From NCBI GenBank assembly GCA_964016885.1, contig OZ024746.1, forward strand, positions 23,684,001 to 23,748,000: a stretch of DNA of 64,000 bases. Reading direction: 5' to 3'. A model generated the notes under the pieces. The model saw only the letters and a list, made by a program, of their open reading frames with translations. It did no database searches and was not told the origin of the DNA. Source of the stretch: Eledone cirrhosa (lineage: Eukaryota). Position numbers and translations under genes: made by a program. Shown here piece after piece: positions 26,240-39,169 of this stretch (its first letter is position 1; every line of letters starts with the position of its first letter).

Positions 26240-27185
26240 GGCTCCCCTTGTTAGACTAATGTTCTAGCAATGGACTCTCTATTATGAACACCTTCTTCCA
26301 GCATAGAGAGATCCATAAATACACATGGTATAAGGTGAATCAGGGACAGAGATAAATAATTGATTTTGTTATTTCTCTGATCTCTTTGATTCTGTGCTGG
26401 ATGGTCGTGCTAAGAGACGGGCTGAGCTGTCAACTGATTACCATCTAGTTATCTCGAGACTACCTAAATCTAAGATGTCCACAAAACTGGCAGGTCCAGG
26501 GCGACCTACAGGATATAGTGGGAAGCATTGGTAGATAAGGAAGTCAGGACCAGGTATTCAGATACTATTGCATCCAAATTCAGCCGTTTCTGCTTCAGCT
26601 GTTAAATGCTGTGGGCAAAAGAGGCTTGGTGCGGTGCCAGACGGCAGGAGAACCCCATGGTTCAATCAAGAGGTCGAAGATGTCATTCGAGGAAAGAAGG
26701 AGGCCTACAAAGCTTGCACTTACAGTAAAAGCAGGCATGAACAATTGCAGCAGAGACAGTAAAGGTGTCCAAAGTTAAGACATGAGAGGATTTTGGGGTT
26801 AAGCTGGAATCTGACTTCAGATCAACAAACAAAGAGTTCTGGTAGACCATCTGCCGACTTTGTAATAAGAAGTCCTCCTCTATACCTACTATCAGGAATT
26901 TGTCTGGGACTCTCCTCTCTTCAGATAGGTGAATCCTCTTGAGGTAAAGAGAATACTTTGCTGATCTAAACCTGATCACAACAGCATTTTCTGATGTACA
27001 CGAGGTGCATCTGGGAGTGGTGACTAATTTCTCAGAGGCTGAGGTCACAAGAGTCAGATAAAGAGCTCAAATATGGCAAGATCACTGAGGAAGATGAAAT
27101 CCGGCCCGAGCGGTTAAAAGCTTTAAATAGAGAAAGTATTCTCTGGCTGACTCGCGTGTGCCAGTTGGCCTGGATATCTGGGTAT
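26240..27185 (+). mobile_element. Decayed RTE LINE (endonuclease end to RT start)
   Basis: IMNTFFQHREIHKYTWYK, IIDFVI, RRAELSTDYHLV, RRTPWFNQEVEDVIRGKKEAYK and EDEIRPERLKAL...WLTRVCQLAW, with frameshifts and stops. Confidence 0.8.
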
Positions 27186-27460
27186 TTTAATGATAAGGGC
27201 CTCAGTCCTATGTCCTTGTTGTTACCGCTCACTCCTATGAAGGTTTAGTTGCTGTTAATATTGCAGTTATTGTTGCTGCTATTGTTTTCATTGTCAAACT
27301 GCTAGCCTTCACACAGTCATTGTTGTTGTAGTTGCTTTAAGCCAGTGAAAGGGGATGGGGGAGTTGTACAATATAATTGTTTCTATCTAAATGTAAAATG
27401 TAGGAAGATTTTCAAGGAAATCTAAAAATAATAGTAAATGGGATAATTAACAACAAGTGT

Positions 27461-27497
27461 ACTACTACTACTACTACTACTACTGCTGTTGCTGCTG

Positions 27498-27535
<38 letters not shown>

Positions 27536-27602
27536 GCTGCTGCTGCTGTTGCTGCTACTACTACTACTACTACTACTACTAGTACTGCTGCTGTTGTTGC
27601 TG

Positions 27603-27667
<65 letters not shown>

Positions 27668-27674
27668 GTTGCTG

Positions 27675-27718
<44 letters not shown>
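27461..27718. repeat. (CTA)n/(CTG)n microsatellite
   Basis: Direct reading. Confidence 0.95.
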
Positions 27719-27719
<1 letters not shown>

Positions 27720-28219
27720 TCTGATTGTCATGATATTAATAACAATGATAATAATAATAGTTTCATTTATTGGCCACAAGGGCCGACATATAGGGGACAA
27801 TATAAAGACAGGGACAGTGGGGGGAGGGGGGTTACAATAAAATTGAGGGAAAATACACAACAAAAGCAATTAACAATGTAAAAAAAAAAAAAAATGTCTT
27901 TCATAATAACCACAACAATAACAATGATAATGATGACGAGGGGGGTAATGATGATGATGATGATGATGATGATAGAAATAATTCACCCTAAGAAAAAATG
28001 GGAGATACATGTAAACATATATACATACACACACAGATACATAGAAACGTGCATTCCCACATCCCATGAACATACAGATACATATACCCATACATATACA
28101 TACACATAGATATACCCATGCACACAGAAAAAACTCATGCATTTACACATACATGCACAGAGGCATACAGATACACCCATAATCATGCATGTACACAGGC
28201 ATGCACACACACTCACACA

Positions 28220-28283
<64 letters not shown>

Positions 28284-28412
28284 AATATATTTATAAAACA
28301 AACAGAAAGAAAGAAAGGAAAAAAAAAGAAAAATGAGCAAGAGAGAGAGAGAAAGAGAGAGAGAGAAAGAAAGAAGGGAAAAAAGAAAGAAAAATTAGCA
28401 AGAATGAGAGAG

Positions 28413-28463
<51 letters not shown>

Positions 28464-29046
28464 ATGTAAGAAAGGAAGAAAAAGAACAAGAAAAAGAAAA
28501 AGAATGAATTGAATAAGAAAGAAAAAAGAAAAAAACCCAACAGAAAGAATAAATAAAGTTTATTTCATGCAGATCTATGACTAAATACAACAAATGCCTT
28601 AAGCAATCATCACAGAAGTAGTTTTTAGCATCTTTTAACTGTGTTTATTGATTCCAGAAGACCTCCCCAAGTGATATCATGGTGTGATTGCTTTGTTTTC
28701 CCCACCTTTTCTTTAACATTTTTTAAATATTTTTAATTCTCTTTCTAACTTTAAATACTTTTAATTCTTTCCAACTTTCAATTTAATGTCTTTTTTATGT
28801 TGTTTTTTTTTTTTACTTTTAATTGACTTCTTGTTTATTATCATTATTATTATTGTTATTTTTTTTTTTGATAAAGGAAAACCGAATGAATTGGAGAATA
28901 AATAGATTAAAAAAAACAAAGAAAAGAGATTAAATTGTTTATTCATATATAAGGGTTAAATGTTATTGCCACGTAATGAAGAGAAAAGGAAGTAGGATCA
29001 ATATTGAGTAATATTACTGAATTTTTTAAACTAAATGTCCCAGACT

Positions 29047-30052
29047 AGGGCTTCTCAAAGTGGTTCTTATACAAAGTTGAATACAATTTTGGCAGGGGTC
29101 CACAGGGGGTGAATTTGATAGTTTTCATTTACTAATCCCTTTGTATTGTTTCTGAATTAGGGCACTAGGCCAACAATTTTGGGTGAGGGGAAAGTCAATT
29201 AAATCGATCCCAGTGCATTACTGGTACTTTATTTTATCGAACCCATAAAGATGAAAGACAAAGCTAACCGTGGCAAAATTTGAATTCAGAACGTAAAAGG
29301 ACGTAACTTTATGTTGCAAAGCATGTTGTACAGCGCTTTACTGATACTGCCAATTCACTGCCCTTATTTTAATCCCTTTATAATATGAGAACAAAATATT
29401 GTTGCCCACCAAAGCGATTAAAAAAAAAACAAAAAAAACCCATTAAAAATAATTCAAGCATTAAAGATGTGTTTGCCTTGTTAATTTACTGATTCATTTC
29501 TCATATAAGTTGTATTAAACACTGGTAAATTAGTTATTTTTTGTAATTTTATACTGCATTTATAGTTGACTAATTCTTTTCTCATGTAAGGTGTATTGAT
29601 CTAAGTCTATAAGATCCCAGACCTCATTTGCTTACTGAGTGAGGTGGAACTCGTAAGGTCGAACCAAGGAAATAATGTTTCCAGTGGTCTTTCCAATTGC
29701 TAATAATATCTACTGGTTGCAACTCCTGGTAGAAATAGCAATGTGATACAAAGTGTCTTGCTCAAGAACACAATGCATATCCATCGAACTCACAACCTCA
29801 CAATTGTGAACCCAACTTTCTAACTACTTCACAAGTGTATTAAACATTGGTAAATTAGTAATATTTTGTAAATTTATATTACATTAATAATTTACAGTTT
29901 CATTTCTCACGTAAGTTGTTGTAAAATGAGGTAAATTAGTTATGTTTTTCGACAAATTTATTTGGGGGTGATTAGAAATTAAATTTTATTAGAAAGGAAG
30001 GAGGTGGGGGGGGGGGGTACTCTATCAAATACATAGTTTAAGAAGCCATGCT
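29047..30052. mobile_element. Possible old hAT-type non-autonomous transposon with nested SINE fragments
   Basis: Weak TIR pair tagggcttctcaaagt / agtttaagaagccatg; SINE A at 29150-29365 and a CORE-SINE piece at about 29750-29825 lie inside. Confidence 0.3.
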
Positions 30053-30184
30053 CGAGACACAAATAAATTTCCTGTTCTGAGAAATTCAAAGAGACATCTT
30101 TTATTTTTTTTTCCATTTGACAGAAGAATCCATTACAGAAACACTCCAAATGGATTCTTCTTCTTCATATTATTATTATTATAT

Positions 30185-30392
30185 TAGTAGTATCGGCAGA
30201 GCATCAGACACCATGCTTTGCAGCATATAGATGCGTCCCTTTACGTTCTGAGTTCAAATCCTGCTGAGGTTTGCTTTGCCTTTCATCCTTACGGGGTCGA
30301 TAAATAAAGCACCAGTAATGCACTGGGGTTGATTTAATCAACTATCCCTTCCCCCAAAATTGCTGGCCTTGTGCCTATAGTAGAAATCATTA
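30185..30392 (+). mobile_element. SINE A copy (long variant)
   Basis: Family core plus a ggggttgatttaatcaact insert. Confidence 0.8.
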
Positions 30393-30659
30393 TTATTATT
30401 ATTATTGTGATGTCTTGGTAAAGTACTGAGTATGTATTGACAGTAAAGTATTGAGTATAAGGTGCTGTGACTGGGCTGATATTAGTATAGGCCTCCAATC
30501 CCCATTTAAGGTTTTAGCCCTATACAAACCAGTCGAAGACCCTAATGTATGTAGTCTCACACACACACAAGATGATGATGATGATGATATATATCTTTAG
30601 TAACCACTACTTTAGAACAGTGTTTCTCCCAACACCACCACTCTGGCCCCCCTCAACCA

Positions 30660-31500
30660 CCATGACTGCTTCTACCTCCTTCCTCCACACACCATCACCA
30701 ACACTTCTACCTCTACTCTCCACACCACCACCACCACCGCCTCCTTCCTCCACACACCATCACCAACACTTCTACCTCTACTCTCCACACCACCACCACC
30801 ACTACCTCCTTCCTCCACACACCATCACCAACACTTCTACCTCTACTCTCCACACCACCACCACTGCCACTGCCACTGCCACCTCGCTCATTCACACAAC
30901 CACCGCTTCTACCTCTCCTCTCCATACGACCACCACCACCACCACCACCACTACCTCCTTCCTCCACACACCATCACCAACACTTCTACCTCTACTTTCC
31001 ACACCACCACCACCACTGCCTCCTCCCTCCACACACCATCACCAACACTTCTACCTCTACTCTCCACACCACCACCACCACCACTACCTCCTTCCTCCAC
31101 ACACCATCACCAACACTTCTACCTCTACTCTCCACACCACCACCACTGCCACTGCCACTGCCACCTCGCTCATTCACACAACCACCGCTTCTACCTCTCC
31201 TCTCCATACGACCACCACCACTCCCTCCTTCCTCCACACACCATCACCAACACTTCTACCTCTCCTCTCCACACCACCACCACCACCACCTCCTTCCTCC
31301 ACACACCATCACCAACACTTCTACATCTACTTTCCACACCACCACCACCACTGCCACTGCCACCTCGCTCATTCACACAACCACTGCTTCTACCTCTCCT
31401 CTCCATACCACCACCACCACTCCCTCCTTCCTCCACATACCACCACCACCACTACCCCTCTCTCCACCACAACCACTACCTCTCTCACATCACCACCACA
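30660..31500. repeat. C-rich compound minisatellite
   Basis: ~60-bp units ccacacaccatcaccaacacttctacctctactctccac(acc)n arranged in higher-order blocks. Confidence 0.9.
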
Positions 31501-31693
31501 ACCAGTGGTAGTTGTAATAAATAAGATTTGTGCAATAGGCCATGTCATGTTAAAGCTTCTACTGTCCCATAAATACATTTCATTGGACTGGACTGCATGG
31601 AACCCCCCCTAAAAACATGGTTAGCTACTGTTATTGAGAAGAGAAGGGGTTTTTTTATGGCTCCATGGAGATGGAAATAGAGTCTTGTTTGTC

Positions 31694-31732
<39 letters not shown>

Positions 31733-31740
<8 letters not shown>

Positions 31741-32312
31741 ATACTTGGGGAGGGTCATATTTGTGTAATATTGCCAGAATTAATAACAGAACACACTCAC
31801 TGTTTGGTTGGTTTTCGCTTCTCGCTTCTGTGTCTTTTATATCGGTAATCTAACTTACTCGGTCCTCAATGTTGCCATTGACTGACCGACGGTCAAAAAT
31901 AATACAGATACAATATAGACACAAACACATATATATAGTTTATCATAAATCTTTCGTTGCACATCTGCATGGCGTAGACATATAATACAACAGGAGGAAA
32001 CGATAACACCACTGACGATGTTGCAGATGTGCAACGAAAGATTTATGATAAACTATATATATGTGTTTGTGTCTATATTGTATCTGTATTATTTTTGACC
32101 GTCGGTCAGTCAATGGCAACATTGAGGACCGAGTAAGTTAGATTACCGATATAAAAGACACAGAAGCGAAAAGCGAAAACCAACCAAACAGTGAGTGTGT
32201 TCTGTTATTAATTCTGGCAATATTACACAAATATGACCCTCCCCAAGTATAACAATATTTGTTTCGACACACGATTTCATATAAAAAACCTTGCAAAACT
32301 AATTCATCGCCG

Positions 32313-32313
<1 letters not shown>
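31733..32313 (+). mobile_element. Fold-back element 1: 237-bp inverted arms + hammerhead + ORF-start tail (Penelope-like inverted pLTR)
   Basis: Arms 31733-31969 and 32022-32258 (one mismatch seen), 52-nt spacer, unpaired 3' tail to 32313, (TA)n on both sides. Confidence 0.8.
32006..32050 (+). ncRNA. Minimal hammerhead ribozyme core (imperfect stem I)
   Basis: acca-CTGACGA-t-gttgca/gatg/tgcaac-GAAA-gatt-TA-tgat. Confidence 0.65.
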
Positions 32314-32377
<64 letters not shown>

Positions 32378-32568
32378 CCAAAACATGGTTAGCTGGTGTT
32401 GTTGAGAGATGAAGAGAATTTTCATGGCTCCATGGAGAAGGAAATATAGTCTTGTGTGAATATATATGTATATATACACACACATATATTTATATACATA
32501 TATTTATATACATATACACACATATATTTATATACATATATGGTTTATACACACACACACACACACAC

Positions 32569-32642
<74 letters not shown>

Positions 32643-32840
32643 AATAGGAACCAGTAAGACCCCGACGGCTGAGCTGAAGCCGTTTCGACGGCTAATTCTG
32701 GACCAGAATTAGCCGTCGAAACGGCTTGAGCTCAGCCGTCGGGGTCTTACTGGTTGCTATTACCCACTCTACTACCTCAAGTATTGAGTACTTTGGTGCG
32801 TTATGGTCCACCTGGTTCCTTACCACATTTCCTTCGTTAT
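32643..32840. mobile_element. GC-rich 119-bp palindrome with unpaired 3' tail, inside (TA)n
   Basis: Palindrome 32643-32761 centred on 32702 with two mismatches; contains gtcGAAAC; the tail carries gtattgagtac. Confidence 0.75.
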
Positions 32841-32868
32841 ATATATAAATATATATATATATATATAA

Positions 32869-32943
<75 letters not shown>

Positions 32944-32955
32944 TATATATATATT

Positions 32956-32986
<31 letters not shown>

Positions 32987-32989
32987 ATT

Positions 32990-33046
<57 letters not shown>

Positions 33047-33082
33047 ATATATATATAAATATATATAAATATATAAATATAT

Positions 33083-33155
<73 letters not shown>

Positions 33156-33370
33156 TTAGAAGTGCCCAAAAAACATGGCTTGCTGTTGTTGGGAGATGAA
33201 GGAATTTTTCATGGCTCCATGGTCAAGGAAATACATTCTTGTGTGAATATATTTCTCTTTGTGAAAGTAACGAATGAGTGATTGTCATGAAAGGTTATTG
33301 GAAACCATTGAGTTACTGTATATATATATGTCTGTCAGTCTGTATGTGTGTGTATATATATATATATATA

Positions 33371-33447
33371 CAGGGTGTCCCAAAAAATGTATAATACTTT
33401 GATTAGAATGCTGTTGAAGTATGTATATATATTTTTGGGGAACCCTG
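33371..33447. mobile_element. Tiny Tc1/mariner-type MITE (77 bp)
   Basis: TA|cagggtgtcccaaaaaatgtata ... tatatatttttggggaaccctg|TA. Confidence 0.7.
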
Positions 33448-33497
<50 letters not shown>

Positions 33498-33510
33498 TAT
33501 GTAATAGAAT

Positions 33511-33834
33511 GGAGGCACATGGCTTAGTGGTTAGAGCATTGGCCTTGCAATTCTCAGACCGGGTGATGTGTTGTTTCCTTGAGCAAGACACTTTATTTCA
33601 CATTGCTCCAGTTTACTCAGCTGTAGAAATGAGATGATAGGGACTGGGGTCCCTATCATTCCACTGCAAAGTGGTCGTGGAGGTGCCACGGCAAAAAAGC
33701 ACCCAGCACTCACTGTAAATGGGATTTGTGTTAGGAAGGGCATCCAGCTGTAGAAATCAAGCCAGAATCAGTTCCCGTCCCACCCTTGCAAGCAAGGAAA
33801 AAGCGGACGTAAAATGAAATGATGAATGATGATG

Positions 33835-33836
<2 letters not shown>
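33511..33836 (+). mobile_element. SINE B copy lacking its B-box
   Basis: 20-nt deletion between caat repeats relative to the other copies. Confidence 0.88.
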
Positions 33837-33870
<34 letters not shown>

Positions 33871-34556
33871 TAATAAAATAATGAATAAACAAAGAAACAG
33901 TTCCTTATATTAAACAAAATTCATCATTTTACGATCGTTTCTAGGATATATATGTGTTAGAGTTGGTATGCATATTCTATAGATCTATGTACAATATTTA
34001 TACAAACTATCAGAGGGAATATACATATCTACACATATATATGCTGTCTTCAGAAATAATTATATATATATGTATATTGTATGTATATGCATGTATATCT
34101 ATATATATATATATATATATTGTATGTATATGCATGTATATCTATATATATATATATATTGTATTTATATGCATGTATATCTATATATATATATATTTAT
34201 ATATATAGATATACATACATATACATACAATATACATATATATATAGGGGGTGATGGTAAAAACAGCCCTTTAATTAAATTTACTATTTAAAGGCTTTTT
34301 AATACAATATTTTTTTCTGCTGTTGTGTTCAATATTTCAATATTCCATAGTTGTTAGCAATGGTACATGTTATTGAAGAGAAGAGAGAAAAAGGTGAAAC
34401 ATATATTTATACAAAGGAGGTTTGAATTCCTAGTAATTTTGGTAATTTTGATCATGGTTGGTTGAGTATTTAGTGGGATCTCGGTGTTTATATGTATGCA
34501 TATATATATATATATATATACAAATATATATTACATATAAATATAAATATATATGT

Positions 34557-34596
<40 letters not shown>

Positions 34597-34655
34597 GTGT
34601 ATGTATATATATCATGATCACCGTTTTACGTCCATTCTTCTACGCTAGCATGGGT

Positions 34656-34695
<40 letters not shown>

Positions 34696-34740
34696 TGTGT
34701 GTGTGTGCATATATATTTATATATATATTTATATGTAATA

Positions 34741-34817
<77 letters not shown>

Positions 34818-34881
34818 ATATATATACATGCATACATATTACATATAAATATATATATATATATGCATACATACATATATA

Positions 34882-34923
<42 letters not shown>

Positions 34924-34928
34924 TATAT

Positions 34929-34972
<44 letters not shown>

Positions 34973-35349
34973 TATATATATATACATGCATACATATTAC
35001 ATATAGATATATATATATAAATATGCATACATACATATATATATGTGTATATATATATATATATTTATACATATATATATATTTCTTTATTACATATAAA
35101 TATATATATTATATATATATGCACACATACACACATATGTATATATACATATATAATTATTATTATTATTAATACATGTTGATGTTCGTTTTGCATAGTT
35201 GCACAAATACAGTTCACTATCGATTCATTTTTTTCTTAAAATATGCATTGAATGCCATAAGGTGATGGGTCATGAGTTTTGGAATCACTGCTTGTGTACT
35301 TCTACCCTGAAACTAATAAATAGTTGCTCTTGTAGTCGTTGTTGTTATT

Positions 35350-36520
35350 GTTGTTGTTTTGTAACCCCAGGCCAGCATGTTCAAACAAACCTCTAATAAA
35401 AGGAGCTGCTGGCATGATTATTCTGACTTTTGTAAGATGCTAGAGTGTGATTTGAGGGAGATTTGGCTGCTGTTTCTAACAGGTCAATTAACCATATCTA
35501 ATAAACTGTTGTTGTTTAACCCTAGGTCAGCCTGTTCAAGCTGATCTCTAAAAGGTTTTCCAGCCATAACTTTTAATTTTTTCCGAGCTATTCTTACTAA
35601 TAAAGAAGATTTGCCTGCTATTTCTAGCAGGTTGAATGACTAAGTAGATGCTTCCTAATATAAATATATTGTGGATGTTATTATTTAACCCCAGGTCAGC
35701 CTATTCAAGCAGACCACTTATTAAAAGTGTTCTATCTAAAACCATCCTGTCTTATTATTTATTGTAACATATATTTGTATGATTTGAGGGAATTTAGCTG
35801 CTATTTCTAGCAGGTCAAATAACTAACTAATATATTCTTGTTGTAGCTGTTTAGCCCTAGGTCAGCCATGAATGAGCAGACACTTAATTAAAGGCATTCC
35901 AGCTATGATCATCCTAATGTTTTTTCTATTTTAAACCCATCTTGCCATTTTTAAGATAGAAGGGTGTGATTTGAAGGGAATTTGGTTGTTCTTTCTTGCA
36001 GTTGGAATGACCTAGTAGATGAATTTTGATATTTGTTGACGCTGTTGTTTAGTCCTAGGTCAGCCTGTTCCAGTAGATCTCTAATAAAAGGAGTTCTGGC
36101 CATGTCTATCCTTTATTTTTTTCAGCTCCATCTTTCCATTTGTAAGACAGTAGGGTGTGAATTGAGACAGAATTGATTGCTATTTCTTGCAATTTAAAAG
36201 AGCAAGTAAATGCCCCTTTTATGTCTTATGAAGGTCTAATAGACAATTGCTGTTTAGGCCTAAGTAATTCCTGACTGAGCAGGCCAATTTTGAAAGGCTT
36301 TCCAGCCATGGCCATCATTCATTTTATCATGTTTATTCTATCATGGACTACTTTAGCCAATATATCCTCCCTTTATATGATTTAAGGGAGATTTGACTGC
36401 TATTTCTAGCAGGTAGAACAATAGCATAGAGACTCCCTTACTGGCTTGGTATATGATATCTGTTACTTAGCCCTAGGTCATACTGATTGAGCAAACTTAT
36501 GATCAAAGGCATTTCATACA
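35350..36520 (+). repeat. Degenerate array of about 7 units of a 155-210-bp repeat
   Basis: gtttaaccc(c/t)aggtcagcc...tgatttgagggagatttggctgctatttctagcagg recurs at about 35360, 35515, 35685, 35850, 36048, 36255 and 36468. Confidence 0.75.
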
Positions 36521-36629
36521 TAATTCAGTTTAAGAATACATAATCCCCTAAGGTAGTAGAATGTATTTCTAGTCATTGTCATCACATCTTTTATAGCAAA
36601 TATTATATATCCAGGACTACATTATTTAA

Positions 36630-36788
36630 TACGAGGCTAGGCTGAAAATTTGATAGGCTAACTATGAAAGAGTGATGGTAGAGCTGTGAAATCTTGCATG
36701 CATTAATTTCAATTCTTCTTATCAACAACTGCATTGTTTCTTTCCAAGGACTATGTTGAAAAATAAACCTCATTTGGTCAGCCTATGT
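36630..36788. mobile_element. Mariner-type MITE copy (opposite orientation, truncated)
   Basis: tacgaggctaggctgaaaatttgataggctaac; interior is the reverse complement of the 16982 copy. Confidence 0.7.
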
Positions 36789-36869
36789 CCTTTCATATTG
36801 TTGGCTGAATATGATTTGAGGGAGATTTAGTTGTTATTTTTAGCATGGTGAGCAGCAACTATGGAGGTG

Positions 36870-37185
36870 CATTAGCAGAATCTGAAGAGTGTCAGGCAAA
36901 ATACTTGGTTGTATTTTGTTATGAACTTTTATGTTCTGAGTTCAAATGACTCCAAGGTCAACTTTGCATTTTATCCTTCTGTGAGTCGATAAAATAAGGT
37001 ACCAGTCAAATACTGAGGTTGTTAATAAAATATAATATCAGTCAAATACTGGGGTTGATAAAGTGTAATACCAGTCAAATACTGGAAATACTAGGGTTAA
37101 TAAAGTGTAATATCAGCAAAATACTGAGGTTGATAAAATGTAGTACCAGTGAAATACTAGGGTTGATAAAATATAACACCAAAAA
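36870..37185 (+). mobile_element. Old SINE A running into a ~30-bp tandem array of its own core
   Basis: gtcgataaaataaggtaccagtcaaatactg followed by about 5 units of ggttgataaa....ta(c/t)cagtcaaatact. Confidence 0.7.
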
Positions 37186-37722
37186 AATAGTAGTATTGAT
37201 TTCATATCATATAATACAGCGTTTCAAGGAACCCCAAGATCCCTAACAGAAATTATGGGATTCCATGAGTTAAGGTTTTTTTTCCTCTGGCTGGGCCTAT
37301 AACAAGCTTTGAGGGCCTACATTTTACATATGGCTGGGCTTATTTCCAGCCATGTTGGGGGTGGGGGATACATTTTATATCTAGCCCGGGCTTCTAACGA
37401 GCTTGGCGGGCCTCCACTTTACATCTGGCCTGTGTTTATTACCATATTACAGGCTATGCCTGACGACGTAGAAGCTTCCTTGGCGAAGTGCGTTATGGAA
37501 GTAAAGCATAATAATTGCTTTCAAGGGAAGTAATCCAATCCAGTTGTAATAATATATCTGCTTTCCTTTCTCCTTCTTCTCCTCCTCCCTCAACAGCAGC
37601 AGATGTCACCAATGTGCAGACGACGTATTGCAGTCAGATTAAACAACTTGTATTACCAATTAAGAATTGCATGCACATACACACACATATCTTCACACGT
37701 ATGTAGCTGGTGTATGCTTGTG

Positions 37723-37790
<68 letters not shown>

Positions 37791-38026
37791 AATATATATG
37801 TATATATATGTATCCTGGGGGGGGGGGGGGGGCTGAGACTTCGAAGTTTCAGTAATTACTTCTGTTGCTAAATTTTTCTTTAGAAAATAAATCTTAGACT
37901 CTGCTCACATGTATTGATGTATTGAATAACCATTCAGTTAATGTTTGAACACGTCGTAAAGTATACTGCTACTTAAAATACCCACTTTAGAGCGTGTACG
38001 TATACATATATATATATATATACGCA

Positions 38027-38233
38027 TACGAGGGTAGGCTGAAAAGTCCATATAGGCTAACCAAGGTACTCTCGTGGAATGACCAAATGAGGTTCATTTT
38101 TCAACATAGTCCCTGGAAAGAAACAATGCAGTTATTAATAAGAAGAGTTGAAATGTAAGATTTCACATGCAAGATTTCACAACTCTAGCACCACTCCTTC
38201 ATAGTCAGCCTATGAACTTTTCAGCCTAACTTA
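38027..38233. mobile_element. Mariner-type MITE copy
   Basis: tacgagggtaggctgaaaagt ... gtcagcctatgaacttttcagccta. Confidence 0.78.
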
Positions 38234-38376
38234 TGTGTGTGTGTGTGTATGTATATATATACATGTTTATTCCGGGTTCAATCGGGGGTAACCACAGTAA
38301 GTAAGGTACTCAATACAAAGCAGAGTATATGATGATTTCCTCCGAATGAAACAGTTCTAGTCCTCTAGAAGCCATT

Positions 38377-38439
<63 letters not shown>

Positions 38440-38628
38440 TGGTAAACAATGTATGCACATTTATATAAACGACATTTGTATCAGCTGCAACGGAAAAAGA
38501 AAAACAATAAACGAGGAAGCGGTGGAAGAATGACATTAAAAGACCGAAAGATAAACAAGAGAATGGAAGACGGAAAGCAAGAATAGAAAACGACAGAAAA
38601 CGTGCACGAGTGCATGACTCTACTAACT

Positions 38629-38673
<45 letters not shown>

Positions 38674-39169
38674 CACACTTTGGTTTCAATAGAAAATGCA
38701 TGATATATATAAAATAAAAATTATATAATTCTTAAATTTATTACAAAGGAAATTAAAATCTTTCTCATATACAATTTATGTAAAACAATAATAAAAATAA
38801 TAATTGTTTCTACTTTTGACACAAGGCCAACAATTTGAAGGGAAGGTGAAAGCCGATTAAATCGATCTCAGTGCGTTACTGGTACTTTATTTTATCGATC
38901 CCTTAAGGCAAAGCTAACCTCAGTTTATAATCAACCCTTAATTATCAACCAAAACTAACTATAGTTTATAATTCAGAAGATAAAAAGAAATATATGACTC
39001 CTAGCTTATTTCACCTTTTATAAATAGTGAATTGATAAAGAAATTAAATAAAAATATCCAAAAGAAAATTTAAAGGTAGAAGTATCTCTTTATAAAAATA
39101 ATGTTGGTATCTTTAGCTTTTTAAATCCCGTTGATTACCTTTTAATTAGAATTAATGGAAGTGGTTGTA

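Noticed and set aside
30545-31612. 355-aa Thr/His/Pro-rich mucin-like ORF
   Set aside because: The unit is read in shifting frames within the ORF, as expected for a non-coding minisatellite
38325-38360. tgatga-tttc..gaat-gaaac motif (also near 60614-60645, minus)
   Set aside because: It lacks the CUGA start and a stem I, so it is treated only as a fragment of a dispersed repeat
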